The notes: a model not told the origin generated them from the letters alone. Counted from the first letter of the stretch, positions 1 through 9,445 are shown. The stretch: DNA of 64,000 bases from Clostridia bacterium (GCA_017429165.1 JAFRPL010000036.1:11848-75847); one strand, 5' to 3'. A program made the numbers and translations.

Positions 1-1058
1 ATCGGTATCATTCCCAAGGCGACGCATTCGCCGTGGAGCAGGTTCCCCAGGCCTTTGCAGCTTTCTATAGCATGACCGACCGTATGACCGAAATTCAGCA
101 CACGTCTCAAAGAAGATTCCTTACGGTCGTTTTCGACGATCGCGGCTTTGAGTTCGACAGCACGTTTTATTATCGTTTCAATATTGCCGTTTTGCGCACC
201 CGATTCCAGCAGTTCGAACAGATCCTTATCGCATGTAACGGATATCTTTATTATTTCCGCCATTCCGTTGGCGATCTGCCTTCGGTCGAGCGTTTTGAGA
301 ACGTCCGGATCTATTATCACCGCTTTGGGATCGTAAAAAGCGCCTATAAGATTTTTCCCGCCCCGGTGATCGACGCCGACTTTTCCGCCGACGGAAGAAT
401 CGACTTGCGAAAGCAGGGTAGTCGGGACGTTATAAAAGGAAATACCGCGGTTGTAGATCGATGCGGCAAAGCCGGCCGTGTCTCCTACGACGCCGCCGCC
501 GAGAGCGACGATCGAATCTGTGCGAGTAAAACCGCTTTCGTAAAGGCGATCTATGATTCTGAAGAGATTATTTCGGTTCTTGTTATTTTCGCCATGAGGC
601 AGTACGAGCGTATCGCATCCGCAAAGTGAGTTCACGCACGCGTCCACATGCTGTTTCGGAACTCCGGAATCCGTAACGACGAGTATCTTTCCGGAATTTT
701 TAATGTAATTTTCAAGTTCGCTCAATGCGCCTCTTTTTATCGTCACGGTATATCCGTCTTCGCCGGTGCATACGAATACTTCGTTTTCACCGCGCAGCAG
801 CGATCGCTGGTATTTCTTAGAAAGCGCGAGTGTATTGAGCACGTTTTCTCTGTAGAACTTTTTGGACGCGTCGTCGGGATACGCGCTGACGCGCGTGCTG
901 ATAACTTCCGCTTCGCGCAACGGGTCTTTAACGTCAAGCCCGCGGTCGCGTTTATATAAAGCCGTCTTTGCGGAATACTCCATACGCGCCGCGAAGAGCT
1001 CGGCGTTTATTCTGTCTATGTCGTCGATTCTCGCACGTGCTTTTTCGAGTTCATTCAT
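1..1058 (-). CDS. aroB: AroQ-type chorismate mutase domain fused to 3-dehydroquinate synthase; the 3' end runs off the window
   Basis: Absent from the ORF track because it is edge-truncated. Reverse-strand translation from ATG at 1058 (GGAG 6 nt upstream) starts MNELEKARARIDDIDRINAELFAARMEYSAKTALYKRDRGLDVKDPLREAEVI...LSKKYQ. That matches the AroQ pattern R..ID.ID / K / D..RE / S...Q. It continues into DHQ synthase motifs: GGGVVGDTAGFAASIYNRGISFYNVPTTLLSQVDSSVGGKVGV and LNFGHTVGHAIE..HGECVALGM. Confidence 0.85.
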   Translation of the reverse strand, partial: MNELEKARARIDDIDRINAELFAARMEYSAKTALYKRDRGLDVKDPLREAEVISTRVSAYPDDASKKFYRENVLNTLALSKKYQRSLLRGENEVFVCTGEDGYTVTIKRGALSELENYIKNSGKILVVTDSGVPKQHVDACVNSLCGCDTLVLPHGENNKNRNNLFRIIDRLYESGFTRTDSIVALGGGVVGDTAGFAASIYNRGISFYNVPTTLLSQVDSSVGGKVGVDHRGGKNLIGAFYDPKAVIIDPDVLKTLDRRQIANGMAEIIKISVTCDKDLFELLESGAQNGNIETIIKRAVELKAAIVENDRKESSLRRVLNFGHTVGHAIESCKGLGNLLHGECVALGMIP

Positions 1059-1168
1059 ATTATGCTCCGTGATAAATTTATATTGATTTTATTTCCCGCA
1101 TATTGTATTATATAATACAGAATCGACAAAATCAATATCAAGATACAATTTTTGTACGGGGATCGCAG

Positions 1169-1906
1169 ATGGAGATATCAAATTACAAATTGAATTCAAG
1201 TAAGATCAGCCGAGATATTCGTATTGCGGTCGTTTCCGACGCTCACGGCTGCGATGTAAATATGTTAAAAAACGCGTTGGAAGATATAAAGCCCGCCCTT
1301 ATCGCCGTCCCAGGCGATATTGAAGGCAAAGGCGATAAATTTTCGCGGACGTCCTATTCGCGCGAATTTTTAAGAATGTGTTTTTCCGTGGCGCCGACGT
1401 TCGTTTCGCTTGGCAATCACGACGTCGATATCACGCATGATCTTGTGTCCGAATGCGGCGCCGTCCTGCTCGACGATACTTATACCGTCGCGCGTATTTC
1501 CGGCGCCGATATATTTATAGGCGGATTAACTTCCGGTTCGTTAGGTAAAAAGCACAAGCGCCTTAGCAAAACGCCTGAGCCCGACACCGGTTTTGCCGCC
1601 GGATTTGCTAAGCTCGGCGGTCTGAAGATACTGCTGTCCCATCATCCGGAATATTATCCGGAACATCTGCTGCAGCTTGATATCGATCTTATTATTTCCG
1701 GTCACGCGCACGGCGGACAGTGGCGTTTTTTCGGACGCGGCGTTTTTGCTCCGGGGCAGGGGATATTTCCCAAATACACATCAGGTATATATGACGGCAA
1801 ACTGCTGGTGTCGCGCGGGGCCGGCGACCATAACGCGATACCGCGGTTTTTCAACCCGAACGAGATATGCGTATGCGATTTAGTTGCTTTGTGCGAAAAT
1901 CTATAA
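1169..1906 (+). CDS. Calcineurin-like metallophosphoesterase
   Basis: Motifs IAVVSDAHG, GNHD and SGHAHGGQ. I prefer ATG 1169 (GGGGA 6 nt upstream) over the TTG at 1103, which sits in AT-rich promoter-like sequence. Confidence 0.8.
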   Translation: MEISNYKLNSSKISRDIRIAVVSDAHGCDVNMLKNALEDIKPALIAVPGDIEGKGDKFSRTSYSREFLRMCFSVAPTFVSLGNHDVDITHDLVSECGAVLLDDTYTVARISGADIFIGGLTSGSLGKKHKRLSKTPEPDTGFAAGFAKLGGLKILLSHHPEYYPEHLLQLDIDLIISGHAHGGQWRFFGRGVFAPGQGIFPKYTSGIYDGKLLVSRGAGDHNAIPRFFNPNEICVCDLVALCENL

Positions 1907-1912
1907 AAATAC

Positions 1913-1941
1913 TTGAAAAATAATATGTTGTATGTTAAAAT
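1913..1941 (+). promoter_or_regulatory. Sigma-A-type promoter with extended -10 (TTGAAA-17-TGtTAAAAT)
   Basis: TTGAAA at 1913-1918, a 17-nt spacer, TGt then TAAAAT at 1936-1941. It lies about 45 nt upstream of the 1986 start. Confidence 0.5.
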
Positions 1942-1985
1942 AGCGTAAGAAAATGTTTTATTATTTTGTAAATGGAGGCACAAAT

Positions 1986-3464
1986 ATGAAACTGGTCAAA
2001 TCGTTCATTCCGTTTATTCTGATCGCATGCCTGCTTCTGACTTTTTCCGCCTGTTCAGGCGGCGAAGGCAATCAAAGCAGCCCCGTTTCCGAAAGCGGCG
2101 ACCCGGCAGATAATTCAGCGGACGGTTCAGCTGCCGTTTCGGACGAACCCGCGTCAGAAACCCCCTACGTACCCGATGTGCGCGACCTGGAGGGCAGAGA
2201 GATAGTATTCCTCGTTCCCGGCAGCAATTATACGTATTATGAATCATTCGAAATTTATGCCGAAGAAAAGAACGACGAGGCGATAAACGACGCTGTGTTC
2301 GAACGCAATCAAATAGTTCAGGACAGACTAAACTGTATTATCAGCGCCGAGAAGACCGCCAACGTTGCGCAGGATATGATCAAATACATAAACACCGGCG
2401 TGTATTACGACGTCTATATGCCCATGATAAACGACGTTGCGCAGATCGTCGGCGACGGACTTATGTACGACCTTAATGAGTTCGAAGATCTTAAACTCGA
2501 TCAGCCGTGGTGGGATCAGAACGCCAACGAAGGTCTTTCCATTTTCAATAAACTCTATTTTTCCACCGGCGATATTTCGATACTCGATAACGACTGCACC
2601 ATGGTCGTGTTTTTCAATAAAAAGCTCACGTCACAGTATGATATCGACCCTTACGCAATGGTCGACGATCACACCTGGACTCTTGACAGGATATACGAGA
2701 TCGGTCACGATTTTACCGAAAATCTCGAAGACCCCGCCTGGGACGACAAGGATCACTACGGACTGCACGTTGCGTTCAACGCCCCGCATTCATTCTTCTT
2801 CGGGTGCGGCGGTACGATTACCGAGACCGATAACGACGGCAGGATCCGCATCAATATGAATTCCGAATCGAACGTCAATATTATTAATAAGGTGTTCGAG
2901 ATCGCGTATAAGTCCGATGTTGTGACCAACAAGACTCCGAACTGTACCACATTCGAAGACATATGCCGGATGTTCCTTAACGATCAGATAATGTTCACCA
3001 CGTTCGCGCTTACCGATCTCAAGAATTTCCGTTCGGTCTACGGATTTGAATATGGCATTCTGCCTTATCCGCTGCTGAATCCCGAACAGGACGATTATCA
3101 TTGCCTTATTTCCACCGTGCTCGTTCCGGTAGTGACCATCCCCGCCGATTGCCCGGATCCCGAAGACGTCGCGTTAGTGCTCGAGAATATGGCGTTCTAT
3201 TCGCGCGATACCGTCACAAGAGCGTATTATGATATAACTCTAAAAGGCAGAGATCTTGGCGACGAAGAATCCGAAAAAATGCTCGATGTCATTTTCTCGT
3301 CGCGTGTTTACGATCTGGGTTACATATACAATTTCGGCGGCCTTGGTCTGCTAATTCAGAATATGAATGACGTCAACGATTCGAACTTCGTTTCGAGATT
3401 CGCCGAACGCGAAGCCAAAGCGCAGTCTCAGCTCGAAGAAGTCCTTTACAGCTTTGAAGATTAG
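1986..3464 (+). CDS. Large (~490 aa) solute-binding-protein-like lipoprotein, paralogue of 7892-9442
   Basis: GGAGG lies 7 nt upstream of ATG 1986. Signal peptide with lipobox: MKLVKSFIPFILIACLLLTFSAC. A low-complexity acidic/Ser linker follows. Shares blocks with 7892-9442 (ERN..I, QPWWDQNA vs NPWWDINA, GILPYP vs GILPPP). The family call (CUT1/LplA-like SBP) is from memory. Confidence 0.65.
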   Translation: MKLVKSFIPFILIACLLLTFSACSGGEGNQSSPVSESGDPADNSADGSAAVSDEPASETPYVPDVRDLEGREIVFLVPGSNYTYYESFEIYAEEKNDEAINDAVFERNQIVQDRLNCIISAEKTANVAQDMIKYINTGVYYDVYMPMINDVAQIVGDGLMYDLNEFEDLKLDQPWWDQNANEGLSIFNKLYFSTGDISILDNDCTMVVFFNKKLTSQYDIDPYAMVDDHTWTLDRIYEIGHDFTENLEDPAWDDKDHYGLHVAFNAPHSFFFGCGGTITETDNDGRIRINMNSESNVNIINKVFEIAYKSDVVTNKTPNCTTFEDICRMFLNDQIMFTTFALTDLKNFRSVYGFEYGILPYPLLNPEQDDYHCLISTVLVPVVTIPADCPDPEDVALVLENMAFYSRDTVTRAYYDITLKGRDLGDEESEKMLDVIFSSRVYDLGYIYNFGGLGLLIQNMNDVNDSNFVSRFAEREAKAQSQLEEVLYSFED

Positions 3465-3474
3465 GAGTCAGGAT

Positions 3475-4860
3475 ATGCGTGTTATTAGTGTATTATTGTG
3501 CGTTTTGTTCTGCGCGTGTTTCGCATTGACGTCGTGCGGATCTGAAACGCCGCCAGTCTCTTCCGGGGAGGAATCTAACATGGCTTCCGAAAGCGAAATT
3601 GCTTCTGATATTACCGATATCTCTGCAGATGAATCGTCTGCCTCGGAAGTTTCGGCTCCCGCCGATCCCGAACCTGCCGAAACTGCTGCAAAACTATATA
3701 ACGTGCGCGATTACGGCGCAAAGGGAAACGGCGACGCAGACGATTCTGCCGCTTTCCAGGCTGCGCTCGACGACGCAGCGAAAAAAGGCGGCACCGTCTG
3801 GGTCCCCGCCGGCAAGTACATTATCGCCAAAACGCTTTATAAAAAGGGAAAAGTATCCTTGAAAGGCGAAGGGATGTGGGTATCTACGCTCGTTTGGGCG
3901 GGCGGCGCCGACGGCGTTATACTCGATATATCCAACGCCGCGCTTTGGGGAACTACAATAGAAGATCTCTATTTTACCAACGGAATGATGAACGGCGTTA
4001 CCGCCATACTCGGCGGTTCGACGATAAGCAATTATAATTCTGCCATCGGCACTTTCAAGAACCTTGTGTTCTATAATCTTGACACCGCTATACGCGGTGA
4101 CGCGGAACCTTCGGGCGTAGGCATCTTCGATTGCTATTTTGAAAACATCTTTTGCTCGAACTGCGGGACCGGACTTCATTTGTACGGCTCCGGCAACACG
4201 GTCGTCCATCCGCGTATCGCCACCTGTAAAGTAGGTATTTCGCTCGATTACCTTAACGGCGAATCTTTCGACGGGATGCACGTTATCGGCGGTATTTTCG
4301 CCTCCAACGGCGTGGACATACTGATACCGTCCGCCAATGGCATCAGGCCTACCGATTTCGTAGGTACGTGGTTCGAGAACGCATCCAAAGGAATACTGAA
4401 TATCGAAAAAGCCGGCACGCGCGTTATGAACCTCACCTTCCGCGACTGTATGCTCAATTCCGCAGCGGACAACGTCAATTATTTCCTGCTGGATGCGCGC
4501 AACGCCGTGGGTACTGTCACCATCGACGCTTGCACGGTCGTAGAGAACCGCGGCATCCTTGCCCCCACTTCTTCTTCGTCTTATTTCCGTATGGACGGTC
4601 TGCAGGTGTATGATTCCAAGGGCATATACGCGATCAAGGATTCCGAAGGCGGCAAATGCGATATCAAAGAGGGTAACACAGAAAGAAAAGTCCTTCACAG
4701 ACTTCGCGCCGTACCAAGCTATGTTACCGTTACGCCCGCAAGCGAGGCGGCTGCGCAGTGCAAGTATTACGTCACTGCCGACGATAACTACATTTATATC
4801 ACCATTGCAGAGAATCCCGGATCCGGCGAGATCTGGTTTTACTGGGAGGCGCACCGCTGA
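3475..4860 (+). CDS. Lipoprotein with a pectate-lyase-superfamily (right-handed beta-helix) domain; putative polysaccharide depolymerase/glycosidase
   Basis: AGGAG upstream of ATG 3475. Lipobox CFALTSC. The motif YNVRDYGAKGNGDADDSAAFQAALDDAAKKGGTVWVPAGKYII is typical of the Pectate_lyase_3 N-terminal cap. Gly/Asn-rich repeats consistent with beta-helix coils follow. Confidence 0.75.
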   Translation: MRVISVLLCVLFCACFALTSCGSETPPVSSGEESNMASESEIASDITDISADESSASEVSAPADPEPAETAAKLYNVRDYGAKGNGDADDSAAFQAALDDAAKKGGTVWVPAGKYIIAKTLYKKGKVSLKGEGMWVSTLVWAGGADGVILDISNAALWGTTIEDLYFTNGMMNGVTAILGGSTISNYNSAIGTFKNLVFYNLDTAIRGDAEPSGVGIFDCYFENIFCSNCGTGLHLYGSGNTVVHPRIATCKVGISLDYLNGESFDGMHVIGGIFASNGVDILIPSANGIRPTDFVGTWFENASKGILNIEKAGTRVMNLTFRDCMLNSAADNVNYFLLDARNAVGTVTIDACTVVENRGILAPTSSSSYFRMDGLQVYDSKGIYAIKDSEGGKCDIKEGNTERKVLHRLRAVPSYVTVTPASEAAAQCKYYVTADDNYIYITIAENPGSGEIWFYWEAHR

Positions 4861-4896
4861 AATTGCGGCAAATAATATAAAAAGGAGGCGGTTTAT

Positions 4897-5982
4897 ATGG
4901 ATGAGCTCATAGAATATAAATGCGCTAAATGCGGCGGAACGCTGATATTCGATTCCAATATTCAAAAATTGAGATGTGAATTCTGCGGGAGCCTGTTTAC
5001 CGCAGAAGAACTAAAAGCGCTGCAAAACGAGCTTTATGAAAAGACGCCCGAAGATTATAAACGTACCGAGACCGAAAATATATTCTGGTCGGAACAGGAA
5101 GCGCAGGGTATCTTTTCATACATATGCGAATCCTGCGGCGGCGAGATCATCGGTGAGGAAACAACGGCCGCCACGTCGTGTCCGTTCTGCGGCAATCCCG
5201 TTGTTATGAAAGGCAACCTGAGCGGCGAGCTGCGTCCTCAGTTCGTACTGCCTTTCAAGCTCGATAAAGCCGAAGCCAAGAAAGCGCTCAAGGAGCATTT
5301 CAAGAACAAAAAGCTGCTTCCCAAGGTATTTTCTTCGGAAAATCATCTTGACGAAATTAAAGGCGTTTACGTCCCCTACTGGCTGTATGATGTCGATTCC
5401 GACGCGTCTTCCACATTCAAGTGCACGAATTCCACCTCCTGGACATCAGGCGATTACCGCTATACCGAGACTAAGACTTACAACGTCGCGCGCGCCGGGA
5501 ATATGCAGTTTATAGGCATTCCGGCGGACGGATCCAAAAAGATGGACGACACGCTTATGGAATCCATCGAGCCTTACGACTATTCTGCGTTCGAAAAATT
5601 CAACGCCGCGTATCTCGCGGGCTTCCTCGCCGATAAATACGACGTCCCAAAAGAAGACTGCGCCGAACGCATAGAATCGCGCGCAAAACGCTCGGCAGTC
5701 GACGCGCTCCGTCGTACGGTCAGCGGTTACGCCAGCGTTACGCCACAGGATTCCACTGTCAATTTAAAATACGACGAACCGAAATACGGCTTGCTTCCCG
5801 TATGGCTGCTCCACACCTCGTGGAACGGCGAACATTATTTGTTCGCAATGAACGGCCAGACCGGAAAGTTCGTGGGCGATCTTCCCATCGACAAAAAGCG
5901 TTACTGGATGTATTTCGTACGCAATCTTCTCATAGTCGGCGGTATAGTCGCCGGAGCGCTTTCGCTCATTATGAGTCTGTGA
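4897..5982 (+). CDS. Double zinc-ribbon protein with a C-terminal transmembrane anchor; function unknown
   Basis: GGAGG upstream. Two CxxC-x13/14-CxxC ribbons: CAKCGG..CEFCG and CESCGG..CPFCG. A ~230-aa core follows (GVYVPYWLYD, LLPVWLL, MNGQTGKFVGDLP). The C-terminal hydrophobic helix is LLIVGGIVAGALSLIMSL. Confidence 0.7.
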   Translation: MDELIEYKCAKCGGTLIFDSNIQKLRCEFCGSLFTAEELKALQNELYEKTPEDYKRTETENIFWSEQEAQGIFSYICESCGGEIIGEETTAATSCPFCGNPVVMKGNLSGELRPQFVLPFKLDKAEAKKALKEHFKNKKLLPKVFSSENHLDEIKGVYVPYWLYDVDSDASSTFKCTNSTSWTSGDYRYTETKTYNVARAGNMQFIGIPADGSKKMDDTLMESIEPYDYSAFEKFNAAYLAGFLADKYDVPKEDCAERIESRAKRSAVDALRRTVSGYASVTPQDSTVNLKYDEPKYGLLPVWLLHTSWNGEHYLFAMNGQTGKFVGDLPIDKKRYWMYFVRNLLIVGGIVAGALSLIMSL

Positions 5983-5992
5983 GGTGAACGGT

Positions 5993-6775
5993 ATGATAAG
6001 ATCATTATTAATAGCGTTTGCCGCATTACTGCTCATATCGTCGTTTTTGGCGCCGTTCGTTTCAGCGGATGATCATCCCGCGCTTGTCGTAGACGAATCC
6101 GACAAGCTGACCGGCGAGCAGGAGCGCGTTCTCGAAGCAAAGCTTAAAGAAGTCAGCGATAAATACGATCTCGATATCGTAGTCCTTATAAACGATTCGA
6201 CAGGCGGTAAATTGCCCACAGAATTCGCCGATGATTACTATGATGAAAACGGCTATGGCAGGAACGCCGGCTATGACGGCATTCTTCTGCTCGTATCGCT
6301 TGAAAACAGAGATATAACCACGTCGACGTGCGGCAAAGGGATCGAGTATTTTAACGACAGCGAACTCCAGTACATTGAAGAGCTGCTTGTTCCGTATCTT
6401 TCCGGAGAGGATTATTACGGCGCGTTTACGGCGTTTGCGAATGAATGCGACAGGCATATAGAATCATATCTCGAATCGCAGAAACCCAAGTACGGGCTTT
6501 ACGCGGTCATAGGTATCGTCGCCGGTCTTATATTTGCCGCAGTAAAGGGAAGCGGTTATAAAAAAGAGCTTGTTTCCGTTTATTCTAAAGGCGACGCTGA
6601 CGATTATATTGCTCCGGCGGGCCTTGCGCTTTCGGTCAAAGACGACATATTCGCTTTCAGCAACGTGGCAAAGACGATAATTTCATCCTCGTCTTCTTCG
6701 TCGCGCGGTGGCGGATCTTCTACTCATGTATCTTCGTCCGGCAGGACTCACGGCGGAAGAAGCGGCCATTTCTGA
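5993..6775 (+). CDS. TPM-domain protein with signal/anchor, a second TM helix and a Ser/Gly-rich tail
   Basis: ATG 5993 has GAGG 8 nt upstream, overlapping the stop codon of the previous gene. The N-terminus is hydrophobic. The TPM-like core reads LEAKLKEVSDKYDLDIVVLINDS...GILLLVSLENRD. The TM helix is YAVIGIVAGLIFAAV. The tail SSSSSSSRGGGSSTHVSSSGRTHGGRSGHF is typical of TPM proteins. Confidence 0.7.
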   Translation: MIRSLLIAFAALLLISSFLAPFVSADDHPALVVDESDKLTGEQERVLEAKLKEVSDKYDLDIVVLINDSTGGKLPTEFADDYYDENGYGRNAGYDGILLLVSLENRDITTSTCGKGIEYFNDSELQYIEELLVPYLSGEDYYGAFTAFANECDRHIESYLESQKPKYGLYAVIGIVAGLIFAAVKGSGYKKELVSVYSKGDADDYIAPAGLALSVKDDIFAFSNVAKTIISSSSSSSRGGGSSTHVSSSGRTHGGRSGHF

Positions 6776-6818
6776 AAAAAAGAAACGGCTTTTGCTATAT
6801 GGCAAAAGCCGTTTCGTG
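6776..6818. terminator. Bidirectional intrinsic terminator between convergent genes
   Basis: Perfect 13-bp stem aaacggcttttgc (6783-6795) / gcaaaagccgttt (6802-6814). An A-run lies upstream and a T-rich tract downstream. Confidence 0.8.
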
Positions 6819-7694
6819 TTACTTTACGGAGTTGCAATAGTATTTGGGCGAATATCCTTTTATCTTTTTAAATGCTTTGCAAAAAGACTGGGGCGTTGAA
6901 AAGCCGACGTTTGCCGCTGCTTCATTTACAGTCATTCCAAGTTCCGATACAAGTCGTATGCCTTCTTCTATACGCCGTTCTGCAATATATTCGCGCAAAG
7001 TGATGCGCATTTCATCTTTGAATTTATGCGAAAGATAAGTAGGGGAATAACCAAGCGTTTTTGCGGCGTCGCTTATGGAATTGATTTTTCCTATATTTGT
7101 ATCTATGTATTGTCTGACCGCGTAGATCGAAATACCCGTGTTTTTTGCTTTTTCTTCGAAAGGTTTTCTTTGATTTTCTTCTGCTATGAAAAGCCGCATA
7201 ACTCTTGTGACCAATTCCGCTATCAGGCATTCTTTCATAAGCTTTACGGCCGGCTGTGCGGAGTAATACTCTTCAAAGCACTTATTGAACAAGTGCATTA
7301 TATCGTTACCGCCTCTTATATGTACGGTCGGCGCTGAATCATAAAAACGTCTCAGCTCCGTGCAGTCCGTGCTTTTATCGTCTTTTACATCAAATCCAAT
7401 GAACATATATCTAAGCCGTGTCACAGCTTCGATCTTGTGTATCGAATCGAGTGGCGTCAAAAACAGATCGCCTTTTGTCATTTTTCCGTCTTCGCCGTCG
7501 ACTGTGTTTATACCTTCGCCGTCTATTACGTAAGTGATCTCATAACACCACTGGCGATGCGGAGCGCATATATATCCCGGCTCGCAATTTATCTCACCCA
7601 TTTGATACATAAGAAACCTTCCGACATCGTCCGGACTCACGCAAAACGATTGCTCGTATTCATAGCTTTTGCCTGAATATACGCTTTTCTGCAT
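6819..7694 (-). CDS. AraC-family transcriptional regulator with an N-terminal cupin-like sensor domain
   Basis: The C-terminal double HTH region reads ISDAAKTLGYSPTYLSHKFK...VNEAAANVGFSTPQSFCKAFKK. ATG 7694 has GAGGTG 6 nt upstream. It is divergent from the 7892 operon. Confidence 0.85.
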   Translation of the reverse strand: MQKSVYSGKSYEYEQSFCVSPDDVGRFLMYQMGEINCEPGYICAPHRQWCYEITYVIDGEGINTVDGEDGKMTKGDLFLTPLDSIHKIEAVTRLRYMFIGFDVKDDKSTDCTELRRFYDSAPTVHIRGGNDIMHLFNKCFEEYYSAQPAVKLMKECLIAELVTRVMRLFIAEENQRKPFEEKAKNTGISIYAVRQYIDTNIGKINSISDAAKTLGYSPTYLSHKFKDEMRITLREYIAERRIEEGIRLVSELGMTVNEAAANVGFSTPQSFCKAFKKIKGYSPKYYCNSVK

Positions 7695-7804
7695 TTCACA
7701 CACCTCTAGTTCGATTATAGCATATTTTTAAGCAAAATGTCAATACTGTGAACTCATTCAGATAAAAAAGCGGATTCGGATAACGATTTTCCATTATACG
7801 AATA

Positions 7805-7832
7805 TTGATTTGAGCAAAAATAAGAGTATAAT
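7805..7832 (+). promoter_or_regulatory. Candidate promoter TTGATT-16-TATAAT for the 7892 operon
   Basis: TTGATT at 7805-7810 and TATAAT at 7827-7832, in the divergent AraC/SBP intergenic region. Confidence 0.4.
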
Positions 7833-7891
7833 ATAATTAATACCCATAAAACAAAACTAATTGATATTTTTGCAAGAAAGGATCGTTTATT

Positions 7892-9442
7892 ATGAGTAAA
7901 GTATTAATATCGGCACTTTGCGTCATACTTGTTCTGTGCATGCTGTTCACGTGCGCTTGCGGAGGCGCCACAGAAGCGCCTGAATCTTCGACGCCCGACG
8001 AGGATTCGGATTATTCGGACGAACAGGGAAATTCCGGCGATGAATCGGGTACCGAGTCGGATACGAGCGTTCCGTCGGTCCCCGTCGTCAATTTCGGCGG
8101 ACAGGATTTCATTTTCCTTGCGCGCGGAGAAGACGCCGGAGACTTCGCAACATGGGATCTCGAACCCAACGAACACAACAGCAGCCAGCTCAACGCCGCG
8201 CTCGAACAGCGCAACAAATACATAGAAGATAACTACGGCGTTACTATCAAGGTTATCTATACCGGCGGCGGCGTAAATAACGCCGATCTGCGCAAGACCA
8301 TTGTAAGGGATCAGCATGCGGGCGTGGCAACTTACAACGCGGCTTTCGTGCCTATTTACGACGGCCTCGAGCTTGCCGGCGACGGCGCTTTTATCGACCT
8401 GAATGAACTGCACAATATCAATATCAATAACCCATGGTGGGACATCAACGCCATGAACAGCCTTTCGCTTGCAAACCGCTATTTTTTCGGCGTCGGTGAT
8501 ATTACCGTGCAGATCTACGAAACGCTTCCGTGTATAGTATTCAATAAAAATATGCTCAAAAACTATACCGATGAAAATCTGTACGAACTCGTTGAGACCG
8601 GAAAATGGACTTTCGACAAGTTGTACTCTATCGCCAAGAACGTTTCGCAGGATATCGACAACGTCGACGGCCCTTCTGTCGGCGATTATTTCGGCATAGC
8701 AGGCCAGAACGACAATATGTGGGTTTATTTCATGTCCGCGGGCTGCAGCACGGTCGAACTCAACCGATACGGCGAGCCGGAACTTACCATTTATAACGAA
8801 CAAACCGAAAAAGTCGTCGATTCCATACGCATGATGATGAACGACCGTTCCGCGTATATGAACTGCAATCATTACGTTGCCACGCCCGGTTACGTTTCTT
8901 CGCCTATTGAATTCGTTATACAGGGGTTCTGTGAGCAGCGTGTGCTGTTCTATTTCGACGGCTTGCTCCACCTTTCTGATTTTGCAAACGTGGATTTTGA
9001 TTTCGGTATTCTTCCTCCGCCCAAATACACTGAAGAACAAGAAAACTATCGCTGCATGATAGGCGCGTGGGGCGCGACGGCGTGCGTAATCCCAATGAAC
9101 TGCCCCGATGTCAATATGACGTCGCTCATCATAGAGGCGATGGCGGCAAAATCAAAATCGACCGTTTCTGTCGAATACTATGAAAAGGTGCTCAATATAC
9201 AGTCGACCCGCGACGAAGAAAGTGAAAATTCTCTTCGCATCATACTCAATTCCAAGGCATTTGATATGGGCATCTGCTTCAAATGGGGCGGCCTTTCTGA
9301 TATTGTTTACAATTCGGTCTGGAACAATAATATGACAATGGCTTCTGATTACGAGTCGATGAAATCCAATATATACGCAGATATGAACAAGACGATCCAG
9401 GTTTATACCGATCTGCCCCATTATATCACAACGGAGGGATAA
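7892..9442 (+). CDS. Large solute-binding-protein-like lipoprotein, paralogue of 1986-3464
   Basis: The signal peptide ends in a Cys-containing lipobox-like LFTCACGG. An acidic/Ser linker follows. Homology to 1986-3464 is visible by eye along the whole length. Confidence 0.65.
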   Translation: MSKVLISALCVILVLCMLFTCACGGATEAPESSTPDEDSDYSDEQGNSGDESGTESDTSVPSVPVVNFGGQDFIFLARGEDAGDFATWDLEPNEHNSSQLNAALEQRNKYIEDNYGVTIKVIYTGGGVNNADLRKTIVRDQHAGVATYNAAFVPIYDGLELAGDGAFIDLNELHNININNPWWDINAMNSLSLANRYFFGVGDITVQIYETLPCIVFNKNMLKNYTDENLYELVETGKWTFDKLYSIAKNVSQDIDNVDGPSVGDYFGIAGQNDNMWVYFMSAGCSTVELNRYGEPELTIYNEQTEKVVDSIRMMMNDRSAYMNCNHYVATPGYVSSPIEFVIQGFCEQRVLFYFDGLLHLSDFANVDFDFGILPPPKYTEEQENYRCMIGAWGATACVIPMNCPDVNMTSLIIEAMAAKSKSTVSVEYYEKVLNIQSTRDEESENSLRIILNSKAFDMGICFKWGGLSDIVYNSVWNNNMTMASDYESMKSNIYADMNKTIQVYTDLPHYITTEG

Positions 9443-9445
9443 TAA

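Noticed and set aside
33-959. Plus-strand ORFs 33-629 and 648-959 at the window start
   Set aside because: They are antisense to the edge-truncated chorismate mutase/aroB gene, whose DHQS motifs are unambiguous on the minus strand.
3694-4965. 423-aa minus-strand ORF spanning the whole beta-helix lipoprotein gene
   Set aside because: It is an antisense shadow ORF. It has no SD, its composition is Arg/Gly/Ala/Val-rich and low in complexity, and it has no motifs. The plus-strand frame carries a lipobox and the Pectate_lyase_3 signature.
7904-9040. 378-aa minus-strand ORF inside the second SBP-like gene
   Set aside because: It is a shadow ORF of a gene with a clear signal peptide and a clear paralogue. 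It has no ribosome-binding site.
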